A DNA stretch of 32,000 bases from Methanopyrus kandleri AV19 (GTDB lineage: Archaea > JAADCQ01 > Methanopyri > Methanopyrales > Methanopyraceae): the NCBI RefSeq assembly GCF_000007185.1, contig NC_003551.1, forward strand, positions 450,001 to 482,000. Direction: 5' to 3'. Shown here piece after piece: positions 12,567-22,700 of the stretch. The notes below the pieces were generated by a model that did not search any database, had not been told where the DNA came from, and saw only the letters and a program-made list of their open reading frames with translations. The translations under genes and the position numbers were made by a program. Position 1 is the first letter of the stretch. Each line of letters opens with the position of its first letter.

Positions 12567-13937
12567 ATGATCGGTGCGGGCGAGGCCGACATGGAGCGAG
12601 TCGTTATCGTCGGCGCGGGACCGGCAGGGCTCTTCGCGGCCCGAGAAGTGGCACTTAGAGCCGAGCGAGACGTGGAGGTTGTGGTGTACGAGCAAGGACC
12701 TAGCCTGGAAGACCGGCTGGAAAGCGGGGAAGTAATGCGCGGCGTGGGTGGAGCCGGTGGACTCTCCGACGGCGTGCTGAACCTCAGGCCAGACGTCGGG
12801 GGCGACTTGGTTTCCATCGTAGGGGACAAGAGATCGGCGAACGAGCTCGTCGAGTACGTCGACGAAGTCTTCCTGAAGCACGGAGCACCGAAGGAACTCA
12901 AGGTACCCGAAGGCCCGAAGGTGGAGGAGATCGCACTCCGTGCGGCGGCGGCCGACGTCGAGTTCGTCCGGATCCCACAGCGTCACATCGGCTCGGACAA
13001 CTTGCCGAAGGTCATAGGGTCCCTGGTCCGGGAGCTGGAGGAGTTAGGGGTGAAGATCGTCCCGGAAACCAGAGTTGAGAGGATCTTGGCCGACGAATGC
13101 GTGCGGGGAGTTAAGCTCGAAGACGGACGTGAGGTAGAAGCAGACTACGTCATCGCAGCTCCTGGACGTGTCGGAGCTAACTGGATGATGCACGAGGCGA
13201 AGCGGCTGGGACTGGGGTTAAGGTACAACCCCATAGACGTCGGTGTTCGGGTCGAGGTTCCCCGCATAGTTATGGAACCCGTCGTGGAAGTGTCGCTTGA
13301 TCCGAAGTTCCGCACCCGAGCCCCGACGTACGATGATCCGGTACGGACTTTCTGCGTATGTCACGGCGGGTACGTGGTGAAGGAGAACTACGAGGGATTC
13401 GTGGGTGTAAATGGACACTCTTACCGAAGGAAGAAGTCCGAAAACACGAACTTCGCGTTCCTCGTCAGCGTGGACTTGACCGAACCTGTAGAAAATACCA
13501 TCGAGTACGGTAGATCGATCGGCCGATTGGCCACGACCATCGGTGGGAACAGACCGATAATCCAGCGGCTCGGTGACCTCCGCCGCGGAAGGCGATCGAC
13601 TTGGGATCGCATCAACAGGTCCCACGTTACACCCACTCTGATGGACGTCACGCCTGGGGACATCTCGATGGCGCTCCCACACCGGGTCACGGTGGACATT
13701 ATCGAAGGATTGGAACGTCTCGACGAGGTGATACCCGGAGTAGCCTCCGACTCCACGCTACTATACGCGCCGGAGATCAAGTTCTACTCGGCCCGAGTGG
13801 AAACGAACGAGGACCTGGAGACTAGGGTGGAGAACCTGTTCGTAGCCGGCGACGGTGCCGGATTATCCCGAGACATCGTGAACGCTGCCGCTACCGGAGT
13901 TATCGCTGGGCGTGCAGTTGCCGAGCGTATCGGTTAA
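12567..13937 (+). CDS. FAD-dependent dehydrogenase / NAD(P)-FAD oxidoreductase
   Basis: ERVVIVGAGPAGLFAAREVA (dinucleotide-binding), GGAGGLSDGVLNL, C-terminal ENLFVAGDGAGLSRDIVNAAATGVIAG. ATG at 12591 is an alternative start. Confidence 0.9.
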   Translation: MIGAGEADMERVVIVGAGPAGLFAAREVALRAERDVEVVVYEQGPSLEDRLESGEVMRGVGGAGGLSDGVLNLRPDVGGDLVSIVGDKRSANELVEYVDEVFLKHGAPKELKVPEGPKVEEIALRAAAADVEFVRIPQRHIGSDNLPKVIGSLVRELEELGVKIVPETRVERILADECVRGVKLEDGREVEADYVIAAPGRVGANWMMHEAKRLGLGLRYNPIDVGVRVEVPRIVMEPVVEVSLDPKFRTRAPTYDDPVRTFCVCHGGYVVKENYEGFVGVNGHSYRRKKSENTNFAFLVSVDLTEPVENTIEYGRSIGRLATTIGGNRPIIQRLGDLRRGRRSTWDRINRSHVTPTLMDVTPGDISMALPHRVTVDIIEGLERLDEVIPGVASDSTLLYAPEIKFYSARVETNEDLETRVENLFVAGDGAGLSRDIVNAAATGVIAGRAVAERIG

Positions 13938-13949
13938 GGGGAGACTTAG

Positions 13950-14894
13950 ATGGAACCTATATTCCAAACACTCTTAGCCCTACTTATAGCCACCCAAACC
14001 GGTGTTGAACACGATACCGGATGTTGCACGGTACTGGTGCACGTACACCACGGATGTGATGTAGTAGCGTACAGGAGGGACGCTAAATTTCCGGCCGAAA
14101 TACTGATCGTACGCACGGAATGGGCCGGGCGGAGGGCGATTAAGGAGTATAAAATTCAAGGGGGATACTTCTGCCACACCGTGATCACGGAAGACGGGTG
14201 GATAGTGACTATAGGAGGACGAGATATTCCCGAAGTGAATAGAAAACTTGAGAAACTTGGGGCCGAGATAGTATCCAAAGGTCGCATCAAGAAGGATGAA
14301 ATAGAGAAGGCCGGGGAACTTCTCAAGGAAGCTAGATGGGGACACTTCGTCGTAAAATCCCCAAACGACATCGTCGGAGTAGCATCGTACGACTATAGAA
14401 TCTCCTCGCCAGAGAGAATAGACATGTTTAAGATTAAGGACGGTGAGTACGTTAAAGTGACGAACAACCCAAGGTACTACGATCGGGGAAGATCCGAAGA
14501 GTTCGGTAAAAACCCCATCGACGCCGCCATTAAAATCGCGGGGAAAGACCCGTATGGACTTCACCGACGAGATATAATCACGTACAAGTTAACGGTGGAC
14601 GAAACGTCAAGCAGCGTCAAAGTTTGGGCTTCCTACGATGGCAGAGCGCTGCTCGGAGGAGCTAGCGGAGAGCCGGACCCGATCCGATTCATGGGCAAGA
14701 CGATAGCGGCCAACGAAATTCCGAGGGTGCCCCGAAGGAAGCCGTTAGGAGAGGTGATATTACGAGTGTGCAGAGAACACGAGGGCAAGGGAGAGCTACC
14801 CAATCCAGCCGCCGTAGCCGCGGCCTTGATCAGCGGAGCCGTGTTCGTGGCGTTTCTAGGACAGCTGTCGCTCCAGCAGCGAAATCTTTATTAA
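13950..14894 (+). CDS. Exported or anchored methanogen protein, possibly Ntn-hydrolase-like
   Basis: 314 aa; hydrophobic N-terminus MEPIFQTLLALLIATQTG, then CCTVLVHVHHGCDVVAYRRD, and C-terminal hydrophobic segment AAALISGAVFVAFLGQL. Confidence 0.8.
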   Translation: MEPIFQTLLALLIATQTGVEHDTGCCTVLVHVHHGCDVVAYRRDAKFPAEILIVRTEWAGRRAIKEYKIQGGYFCHTVITEDGWIVTIGGRDIPEVNRKLEKLGAEIVSKGRIKKDEIEKAGELLKEARWGHFVVKSPNDIVGVASYDYRISSPERIDMFKIKDGEYVKVTNNPRYYDRGRSEEFGKNPIDAAIKIAGKDPYGLHRRDIITYKLTVDETSSSVKVWASYDGRALLGGASGEPDPIRFMGKTIAANEIPRVPRRKPLGEVILRVCREHEGKGELPNPAAVAAALISGAVFVAFLGQLSLQQRNLY

Positions 14895-14899
14895 ATACC
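14886..14899 (+). promoter_or_regulatory. Candidate archaeal TATA box for the tRNA-Ala gene
   Basis: AT-rich cttTATTAAATAcc about 25-35 bp upstream of tRNA position 1; overlaps the stop codon of the upstream gene. Confidence 0.5.
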
Positions 14900-14924
14900 T
14901 GGGGACGACAGAGGCTGGGACGAA

Positions 14925-15001
14925 GGGCCCGCAGCTCAGTCTGGCAGAGCGCGGCCCTTGCGAGGCCGTGGCCCCGGGTTCAAATCCCGGCGGGTCCACC
15001 A
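14925..15001 (+). tRNA. tRNA-Ala, anticodon TGC, CCA encoded, C at position 8
   Basis: Manual fold: acceptor GGGCCCG/CGGGTCC with G3:U70; D stem gctc/gagc; anticodon stem cggcc/ggccg with loop cttgcga; T stem ccggg/cccgg with ttcaaat loop; encoded CCA at 14999-15001. Confidence 0.97.
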
Positions 15002-15076
15002 ACGCCATATCGTTATGATCCTCAAAACATTTCGGACGAACTCTCGACATCGCACGGACTAGGGGGGGTAGCGACA

Positions 15077-16090
15077 ATGAATGGTAAGATTTTGGTAGTC
15101 ACAGGAGTAGCAGTATGCTTAGTATTAGCTACCGGAGTAGTAGCATTTAACCCCGCCAACAAAGTCAAGGAGTTCGACCCTAAGCATGCCCTAAACTTCG
15201 CTAAGAATATATGCAAACTAGGACCACGCTATGGAGGCAATGAAGCAGAGTTGAAAGCAGCCAATATAATGGAAGCAGAATTGAAGAAATATGGGCTTAA
15301 TGTACACGAAGAGAAGGTCGATTTAGGTGGCGGTAAATATACGTATAACGTGATAGGAGAAATTAAAGGAACGGACGAGTCCAATAAGTATGTGATTGTT
15401 GGATCCCACATTGACTCACCAGGATTCTGTGAAGGTGCTACAGATGATGCAGCAGCAATGGGAATTCAAGTCGAAATGGCACGAGTGCTTGCTAAGAATT
15501 TCCGTCCGAAGAAAACCGTATTAATAATTGGATTCGGTGGTGAAGAGCTATGGTTCAAGGGATCGGAAGCTTTTGTAAGGAAACATCCAAAGATCATTAA
15601 GAATTGTGAAGCAGTGATCGACCTTAACTGTGTAGGTGCTGGACAGAATGTGTTCCTAACTCAGAAGAGTGCGAAACCGAAGCCGGTAGAAGGGGATCCA
15701 AAGCTCATCAAACTCCTGGAAGAGTGCGCGAAGGAACTCGGACATCCAGTCACGGTAGGCGACACGACGTACCCGAGCGACACCTACCCGTTCTATCATA
15801 ACGAGATCAAGCGCGTCCCCGTGTGTCAGGTAATGAGTCAGCCGTTTGAAGTACCACCGTGGAGTGAGTCCAACACAGCGGACAAGTTAGACCCAAAGGA
15901 CATGGAGAAGGTGGGAGAAACCGTCACCCTCGCCGTGGTGAAATTGACGAACGCCGAACCCGCTTCGAAGCCACTATGGGAAGCGAAGCGCGCCGAGGAG
16001 TCCGCAGGTGGAGGCTGGCCTGCGCCGATGTGGTGGGCGCCCGCGCTTCTGGGAGTCGCGGCCGCACTGCTCCGGTCGCGGGGGAGATGA
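15077..16090 (+). CDS. Exported, C-terminally anchored M28-family metallopeptidase
   Basis: Signal-like MNGKILVVTGVAVCLVLATGVVAF; M28 motifs VGSHIDSPGFCEGATDDAAAMG and GFGGEELWFKGSEAF; C-terminal [23 protein letters not shown] at 15077 follows agggggggta. The ORF track start at 14768 runs through the tRNA and is rejected. Confidence 0.9.
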   Translation: MNGKILVVTGVAVCLVLATGVVAFNPANKVKEFDPKHALNFAKNICKLGPRYGGNEAELKAANIMEAELKKYGLNVHEEKVDLGGGKYTYNVIGEIKGTDESNKYVIVGSHIDSPGFCEGATDDAAAMGIQVEMARVLAKNFRPKKTVLIIGFGGEELWFKGSEAFVRKHPKIIKNCEAVIDLNCVGAGQNVFLTQKSAKPKPVEGDPKLIKLLEECAKELGHPVTVGDTTYPSDTYPFYHNEIKRVPVCQVMSQPFEVPPWSESNTADKLDPKDMEKVGETVTLAVVKLTNAEPASKPLWEAKRAEESAGGGWPAPMWWAPALLGVAAALLRSRGR

Positions 16091-16626
16091 AATTGCGCGC
16101 ACTACTGATCGTCGATATGATCCGCGACTTCGTAGAGGAGGGAGCCCCGCTGGAGGTCCCGAAGGCACGTCGACTCGTACCCCGTATCGCCCGTCTCGCG
16201 GATGAGTTCAGGGAGCGAGGTGATCTGGTCGTTCACGTGTGGGACGAGCACTATCCGGACGATCCGGAGTTCAAGGTGTGGGGCGAACACGCCGTTGCGG
16301 GGACGGAGGGTGCGGAACCGGTAGAAGAACTGAAACCGGAGGACGGCGACTTAGTGGTGCGGAAGCGGAAGTATAGCGGGTTCTACGGCACGTCTTTGGA
16401 CTACGACCTGCGCTCCCGGAACGTGAAAGAAATCTACCTCACGGGAGTGTGCACAGATATCTGTGTACTCTTCACATGCGCGGACGCGCTCATGCGAGGG
16501 TACCGAGTGTACGTAGTGAGGGACTGCGTGGCGTCGCTTGAGGAGGAATCCCACCGGTTCGCTTTGAAGCACATGGAAAAGCTCGGGGCGGAGGTAGTCG
16601 ATTCGGAGGAGATACTGGGGGACTGA
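16087..16626 (+). CDS. Cysteine hydrolase, isochorismatase/nicotinamidase-like
   Basis: [81 protein letters not shown] at 16087 overlaps the previous stop. Confidence 0.92.
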
Positions 16627-16631
16627 CCGCC

Positions 16632-17993
16632 GTGAAGAGGATACTGGCGTTGGTGGACGGTGAGCACTACATCCCCGTAACTCGGGAGGCGTTAGAGACT
16701 GTGGAGGAATTGGACCTCGGAGAGCTCGTAGGAGCCGTGTTCATCGGAGGGACTGAGAAGATCAGCGAGCCCGAGGCCGTCAAGCGGGAGCTGGGTGTAC
16801 GGGTCTGGCTATCGGAGTCGGAAGACGAGATACCGGTGGACATGATCGTCAAGGTGATCGAGGAAGAGGACGTCGACGTGGTGCTGGACCTGAGCGACGA
16901 GCCCGTGGTTAGCCCCGACAACAGGTTCGAGATAGCCTCAGCGGTACTCTCCGCGGGAGCGGAGTACTGGTGCCCGGACCTCCGACTGAAGCCGGTGGAG
17001 TTCCACGACGTCCTCGAGAAACCATCGCTTCGGATCATAGGGACCGGGAAGAGGGTGGGCAAGACCGCCGTCTCCGCCTACACCTGTCGTGTGCTCAACG
17101 CACGGGGCTACAACCCGTGCGTAGTGGTGATGGGTCGTGGAGGTCCGAGGGAGCCCGAAATAGTACGTGGGGACGAGATCGAGCTGACTCCCGAGTACCT
17201 ACTGAAAGAGGCCGAGAAGGGTAAGCACGCGGCGAGCGATCACTGGGAGGACGCGCTCCTCAGCAGGATCCCGACTGTCGGATGTCGGCGGTGCGCGGGT
17301 GGACTGGCGGGACGTACCTTCACCACGAACATCGTGCGCGGTGCCAAGATAGCTAACGAGTTGCCGGCCGACTTCGTCGTGGTCGAAGGTAGTGGCGCGG
17401 CCGTACCACCGATCAAGACGGACGCGGGTATCGTGATCGTCGGAGCCAACCAGCCGTTAGAGCACATCGGCGGGTACTTAGGACCTTATAGGATCCGGAT
17501 GTGCGACCTGGCGATCATCACGATGTGCGAGGAACCGATGGCGGACGACGCGAAAATCAGGAAAGTCGAGCGCACCGTCCGGGAAGCCGGCGACGGCATC
17601 GAGGTAGTACTCTCGGTGTTCCGACCTAAACCCACCGAGGACGTGGAGGGTAAGCGGGCGATGTTCGTGACGACGGCACCCGAGGAGGTCGTCTCGAGGC
17701 TCGTCGAGCACCTGGAAGAGGAATACGGGTGTGAGATCGTCGGGACGTCGCCGCACCTCAGCAACCGTCCGAAGCTCCGCAAAGACCTGGAGAAGTACAT
17801 CGACGATGCGGACATACTGCTCACGGAGCTGAAGGCGGCCGCCGTCGACGTGGCCACTCGGGAGGCCCTGAAGGCCGGACTGGGCGTGGTGTACGTGGAC
17901 AACGTCCCCATCGCCGTCGGAGGTGATTACGACCACGTGGGTGACGCCGTGGAGAACGTAGCCGAGCTGGCGATCGATCGGTTCGAGGGTTAA
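16632..17993 (+). CDS. cpgS: Cyclic 2,3-diphosphoglycerate synthetase
   Basis: 453 aa; P-loop [75 protein letters not shown] start. Confidence 0.88.
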
Positions 17994-18223
17994 TCACTGT
18001 CGATCCCGAACACCACCTCGGCGAAAGCGCGCTCGACATCTACCCGCTCTACGAACCGGCTGCCCCGTGACGCCGCGATCTCTCCGGCCCGTTTGCCGAT
18101 TTCCTCCGCCAGCCGTTGGACGTGATCCCTGAGGGTTTCGGAGGCTTTCCGACTTACACGTACATCCTCTCCGACCGCCCTCAAAGCCCGGTCGAACGGG
18201 GCCACCGGCAACTTCTTCCGCAC
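17990..18223 (-). CDS. Single-domain archaeal histone-fold protein
   Basis: 77 aa; [67 protein letters not shown] matches archaeal histones of the LPIAPvdRiiRkaGa...KTVkaeDi type. Confidence 0.85.
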
Positions 18224-18260
18224 GCCGCTTCCACCCTACGGCGCTAGGCGCTCGGGAGCG

Positions 18261-18268
18261 TAATTATA
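18261..18268 (+). promoter_or_regulatory. Candidate TATA element between divergent histone and nucS genes
   Basis: taattata in an otherwise GC-rich 63-bp intergenic region, about 20 bp upstream of the nucS TTG. Confidence 0.35.
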
Positions 18269-18286
18269 GGTCCCGGGGAGTCGGGA

Positions 18287-19069
18287 TTGACGAAGGTTCT
18301 GGTGGAGCCGGATCCGGAGGAGGTGAAGCAGCTTTCGGAAGCCTTGGGACGGCAGCCGGTGATACTAGCGGGGATATGTGAGGCCGAGTACCGCGGCCGT
18401 GCCGAGTCGGTGGCCGGCCCCGCACTTCGAATCGCCATGTGCAAGCCGGACGGCACGTTCATCCTCCACAACGCGATGGAGAAGCGGGAACCGACCAACT
18501 GGAACCCCGCACCGTCCAGGCAGTCGATCGAGGTCCGCGACGGGTGTGTCGTGCTGAGATCTCGGAGACTGGACGTTCCCGAGGAAGTAGTGGTGTATTT
18601 CCACAAGGTGCTCCTGGCCTGCTCGTTACCGAAGGAAGGCGCTAAAAGCGAGGATTCCGTGTTCTCCCTGTTCAGGTCTGAGGAAGACATGAAACGTGTG
18701 ATCCGAGAGGACCCCAGCGTCATCGAGCCGGGATTCCGTCCCGTGGGTGAAGAGGTGGAGTGCGGAGCCGGCGTGGCGGACGTGGTCGGCTACGACGAGG
18801 AAGGCAGGTTCGTCGTACTGGAGCTGAAGCGGACTCGAGCCGGTGTCAGCGCGGCATCTCAGCTGCGCAGGTACGTGGAGGCCTTCCGCGAAGAGCGAGG
18901 TGAGGAAGTGCGCGGGATACTGGTCGCTCCGTCCGTGACCGACAGGTGCCGACGTCTCCTGGAGAAGTACGGGCTGGAGTGGAAGAAGCTAGAACCCGTA
19001 CCGCTGAGGGACGATGGTGGTAAGAAGCAGTGCACGCTCACGGAGTTCCTGGCGGGGGAGGGAGACTGA
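18287..19069 (+). CDS. nucS: Endonuclease NucS / EndoMS
   Basis: VEPGFRPVGEEVECGAGVADVVGYDEEGRFVVLELKRTRAGVSAASQLRRYVEAFRE (active-site D/E...ELKR and QLRRY). Confidence 0.93.
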   Translation: MTKVLVEPDPEEVKQLSEALGRQPVILAGICEAEYRGRAESVAGPALRIAMCKPDGTFILHNAMEKREPTNWNPAPSRQSIEVRDGCVVLRSRRLDVPEEVVVYFHKVLLACSLPKEGAKSEDSVFSLFRSEEDMKRVIREDPSVIEPGFRPVGEEVECGAGVADVVGYDEEGRFVVLELKRTRAGVSAASQLRRYVEAFREERGEEVRGILVAPSVTDRCRRLLEKYGLEWKKLEPVPLRDDGGKKQCTLTEFLAGEGD

Positions 19070-19071
19070 CC

Positions 19072-19722
19072 GTGGTCAGGGTGAAGATTTGCGGCATAAC
19101 CAGGCCCGAGGACGCCGCGACCGCCGACGAGGCGGGAACCGACGCCGTCGGTTGCGTGGTAGAAGTTCCCGTCTCCACACCGCGAAAGGTGTCCGCGGAG
19201 CACGCGAACGAGGTATTCTCCGTAGTTTCACCGTTCGTGTCGAGGGTCGCCGTGCTGATGGACAACCTAGAGCCTATCGACCGGCTGGAAGAAGCCACCG
19301 CCGTGCAGCTTCACGGGACGGAGGATCCGGAAACCTGTGAAGAGCTCAGCGAGCTCGGGTTAGACGTCATCAAGACGTTCTGGGTGGATCAGCGAGGGTC
19401 CGTATGGTTGGGAGAGGAACTGATAGGGGACGAGGTGCTGGCGGAGTACTGTGAGATCGTGGATGCCGTGCTCCTGGACACCAAATCCGCGGAAGGGGGA
19501 GGGTCCGGCGAGCGCCACGACTGGGACGCGTCGGCGCGATTGGTCAGGCGACTGGACGTACCCGTGATCTTAGCGGGCGGTCTGAACCCGGAGAACGTTC
19601 GAGAGGCCGTTGAGAAGGTCCGTCCGTACGCCGTCGACACATCTTCGGGCGTAGAGAAGGAGCCGGGAATCAAGGATCCGGAAGCTATAGCGGAGTTCGT
19701 AAGGGCTACCAAGTCGGTTTAA
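19072..19722 (+). CDS. trpF: Phosphoribosylanthranilate isomerase
   Basis: RVKICGITRPEDAATADEAGTDAVG, AVQLHG, VILAGGLNPENVREAVEKVRPYAVDTSSGVEKEPGIKD. GTG at 19072. Confidence 0.95.
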   Translation: MVRVKICGITRPEDAATADEAGTDAVGCVVEVPVSTPRKVSAEHANEVFSVVSPFVSRVAVLMDNLEPIDRLEEATAVQLHGTEDPETCEELSELGLDVIKTFWVDQRGSVWLGEELIGDEVLAEYCEIVDAVLLDTKSAEGGGSGERHDWDASARLVRRLDVPVILAGGLNPENVREAVEKVRPYAVDTSSGVEKEPGIKDPEAIAEFVRATKSV

Positions 19723-22700
19723 TCGGGACACTGGCGCGTCTCATCCACACGAGCCAGCATACCAGCGTTCCTACCACGGCGGCCATAACCAGGTACCTGA
19801 GAATCGGTGGCACGGGTGAACCCGCGGAACCACCCTGTCGTTTCAACACCTTGGCCGATACCGCGGACCCGGTACTACCGACGGACACGCTGCGTGCGGG
19901 TGAGCCACCACTTAGAGATATCCCGGGGACGGGTTCCACTCGCCTCGGACGGTTAGAAGGGGAACCCCTGACACCCGTCGTGGTCGCCGTGGTACCCGCC
20001 GCCGAAGATGTGAACTTCGGCGTGGAGCCACGAGCTCGGGCCGCGGAGACCGCCGGGCTCCGTCCCACGCTGGAGTTTGAGACGGTGGAGATTACCGGGG
20101 ACACTCCTGCGGAGAACGGGTTAGGTACGAGGAGCTCCGCTGCGGGGGCCAACTCCTCCACGATCCCGCGGAGCACCGGGTTAAGGACTATGGCCAGACA
20201 ACCGCACGGGCCGTACTTGCTCACGATCCGCCGGAAGGTCTCCAGCGAGGCCCGCCGGGCCGTCTCCCGAAACCTTCGCGCCCACTTCTCGGCTTCCTCG
20301 AGCTTTCCGAGCTGGCATAGCACCTGGTAATGGTACGACCGCCTCAATAGCTGGAGACCGAAATCCGAGTCCAGGAGCACGAACACCCGGCCCGCTATCG
20401 ACTCGACCACGTAGGGATTCAGCTTCTCCAAGTGCTCCACGACCTCTCGGTCGAAAACAAGCCGCTGAACGAGCTCGAAGAACAGCTGTCCCAGTACCCC
20501 GGCGATGGCCCTCTCGGCCATGGTCGTCGGCTTCACTATCGTGGGGCCCAGTAGTATCATCCACGCCATCAGCCGTGAAACCCGCTCCAGGAAGTCGTTA
20601 GCCTCTCCCGGGGTACGGAGCGACAGTAACCAGTCCTTGTTCATCCACAGTGAGTGCCACTCTCGGGAGAGCTCCCCGGCCAGCTGACGGATGCACAGCG
20701 AGGACACCTCGTCGAGCACTAACGGGTCGGGTAAGCCTGCCCTGATCAGCCTCGCGACGGCTAGGAGTCCACCGTAGAACTCGATCGCATCCTCGGCCAG
20801 AACACCCCAAAGTCTGTCGGTTACGGGCTTCAGGACGGCGTCGACGATGAGGAGGTCTATGCGGAGAAGTCCGGGAGCGGATTCCGAACCTTCCGGGGTC
20901 AGGACGTTCTCGAGCTTAGCCGAGAGGGAACGGGCCAAGATCTCCCATTCCTCGGGTTTCAGGCGCTCCGTGGCGGCCTTGACGCCCAGCGTGTAGTCCG
21001 CAGGACAGTAGACGCCGAGCGCCGCCCTGATCGCGGCCTTCTCGATCGGTGTTCCGTTCACTTGGACATCGTAGAGGAACTTCACCGCCCATGCGGCGTA
21101 CCAGATAGAGTCGGGTCGGAACGTCGGGCGCACGTCGACGTCACCTAGAGAAGCCGAGAACTTCCGAAGCACCACGAGGCCCTTCTCCAAGAGTCCTGGA
21201 TCCAACCGTATTGACGCAAGCGATTCACGGAGCTCCGGATCCTCGCACTCATCGGAGAGAGTCTTCAGCAGGTTGGCGACGGCGAAGAGGTCCTTCGGGG
21301 CCCTGAGGACCGCCTCGACGTGTGCCTTGAGGAGCGCCCGTCCAGCCGGCGTTTGGGCGAATATCGCCTCGAGTCCCTGGCACACCAAGACGGGAGAGTA
21401 GACAGGGGATCCAGATAGCACGTAGCGCTCACCAACGCGGTCGACGCCGGACGACCTGAGCAGGACCGCGAGGGACAGTCCGCGATCGTTGAGGACGTCA
21501 GCAGCGGATAGGACGAAGAGAGTGCGCTGCTTCAAGGTGATCCCGTCGGAGAGCATCCACGCCGTCTCCGACGGTATCAGCTCGGGGTTCAGCAGGCAGA
21601 GCATCCTACCCGTAGGCAGCACGGAAGTATCCACGGTCGGATCGCCCGGCGGACCCACGGGCACCGACTGCCCGTCCAGGACGCGCAAGAGGTTCTCGAT
21701 TTCGAGCTTGGCGGAGGTGACGACGAGGTCCCTGATACGTTCCATCTCGCGGTACAGTTCCGGATAGCGGAAACGGAGCTCTGAAGGGTGGTCGATCAGC
21801 GACTGCCACTCCTTCCATACCAGATCGAAGAGCTCCAGCGCCTTATCCCCGTACTTCTCGATGTTCTCGGGCGAGAGTATCGACTCGAGGTCCCCACCAT
21901 AGGTTTTGGACACGAGCTCTAGGTACTTGCGGAACAGCAGCGCGGAAACGTACTCTCGGATTTCCTCCGAGGTCACCAGGCCGTAGACGTGCAGGTGGCG
22001 GGTAAGCTGGACCGGCGTCGGCGATTCACCGTGGGCCTGCATCATATGCAAGTACGAGTGGAGCTCGGAAACGAGACGGTTGAAGTCCGTCCGAGCCATC
22101 CGTTCCACGTCCTCCCACGTGAGGCCCATCCACTCGTAAACCCGGGTGCGCTTGAGGAGCTCCATAATTACGGGTTTCAGCTTCTCCTCTACCTCGGGAT
22201 TGCCCTCGAAGACGTGGAAGCACGAGTGCAGCAGTTTCACGAGCGTGTTAAGGTAGAAGTCGTAGGCCGTGGAGGGCGCGGATGGGAGATAGCTCAGGAC
22301 CACGGCGGACGTCCTCCACTTAACGTTGTAAAGCTCGCCGCTCGTCGGGCACCATAGGTACACGTGGGGAACGTCACCTAGGAGCACCGTCGGGAAATCG
22401 AGGTGAGACAAGAACGTGCGGCGCAACGGCAGCCACTCCAGCGTGCCGTGAGCCCCCACGTGTACGATGACGTCCACGTGATGCTTCAGCCAGAGGTAGA
22501 CGGCGAGGTAGTAATGGGGCGGCGGTAGAAGCAATGAGTGGTAAGCGGCCATTCCCCAGAGCAGACCACGTGGAGGTTGCGGTAAGAGTACGATGTTTCC
22601 GAACTTCAGTCCCGGCACGACGAACTTGTTATCGACCACCATTACGTCGCCCGGTGGGGGACCCCATCCGAAGATACCGGTGTGGTACCGCTGTTCGAGC

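Noticed and set aside
13980-14564. 194-aa minus-strand ORF antisense to the exported 314-aa protein
   Set aside because: Shadow ORF. The plus-strand frame continues for 314 codons with a leader and conserved-looking motifs.
14768-15076. N-terminal part of ORF 14768..16090
   Set aside because: It runs through the preceding CDS end and the whole tRNA-Ala gene. The signal peptide and strong SD place the real start at 15077.
17990-17993. Overlapping convergent stop codons of cpgS and the histone gene (ttaa), and short convergent overlaps at 514-531, 19706-19722 and 26375-26415
   Set aside because: Real but ordinary for a compact archaeal genome. A regulatory interpretation would be speculation.
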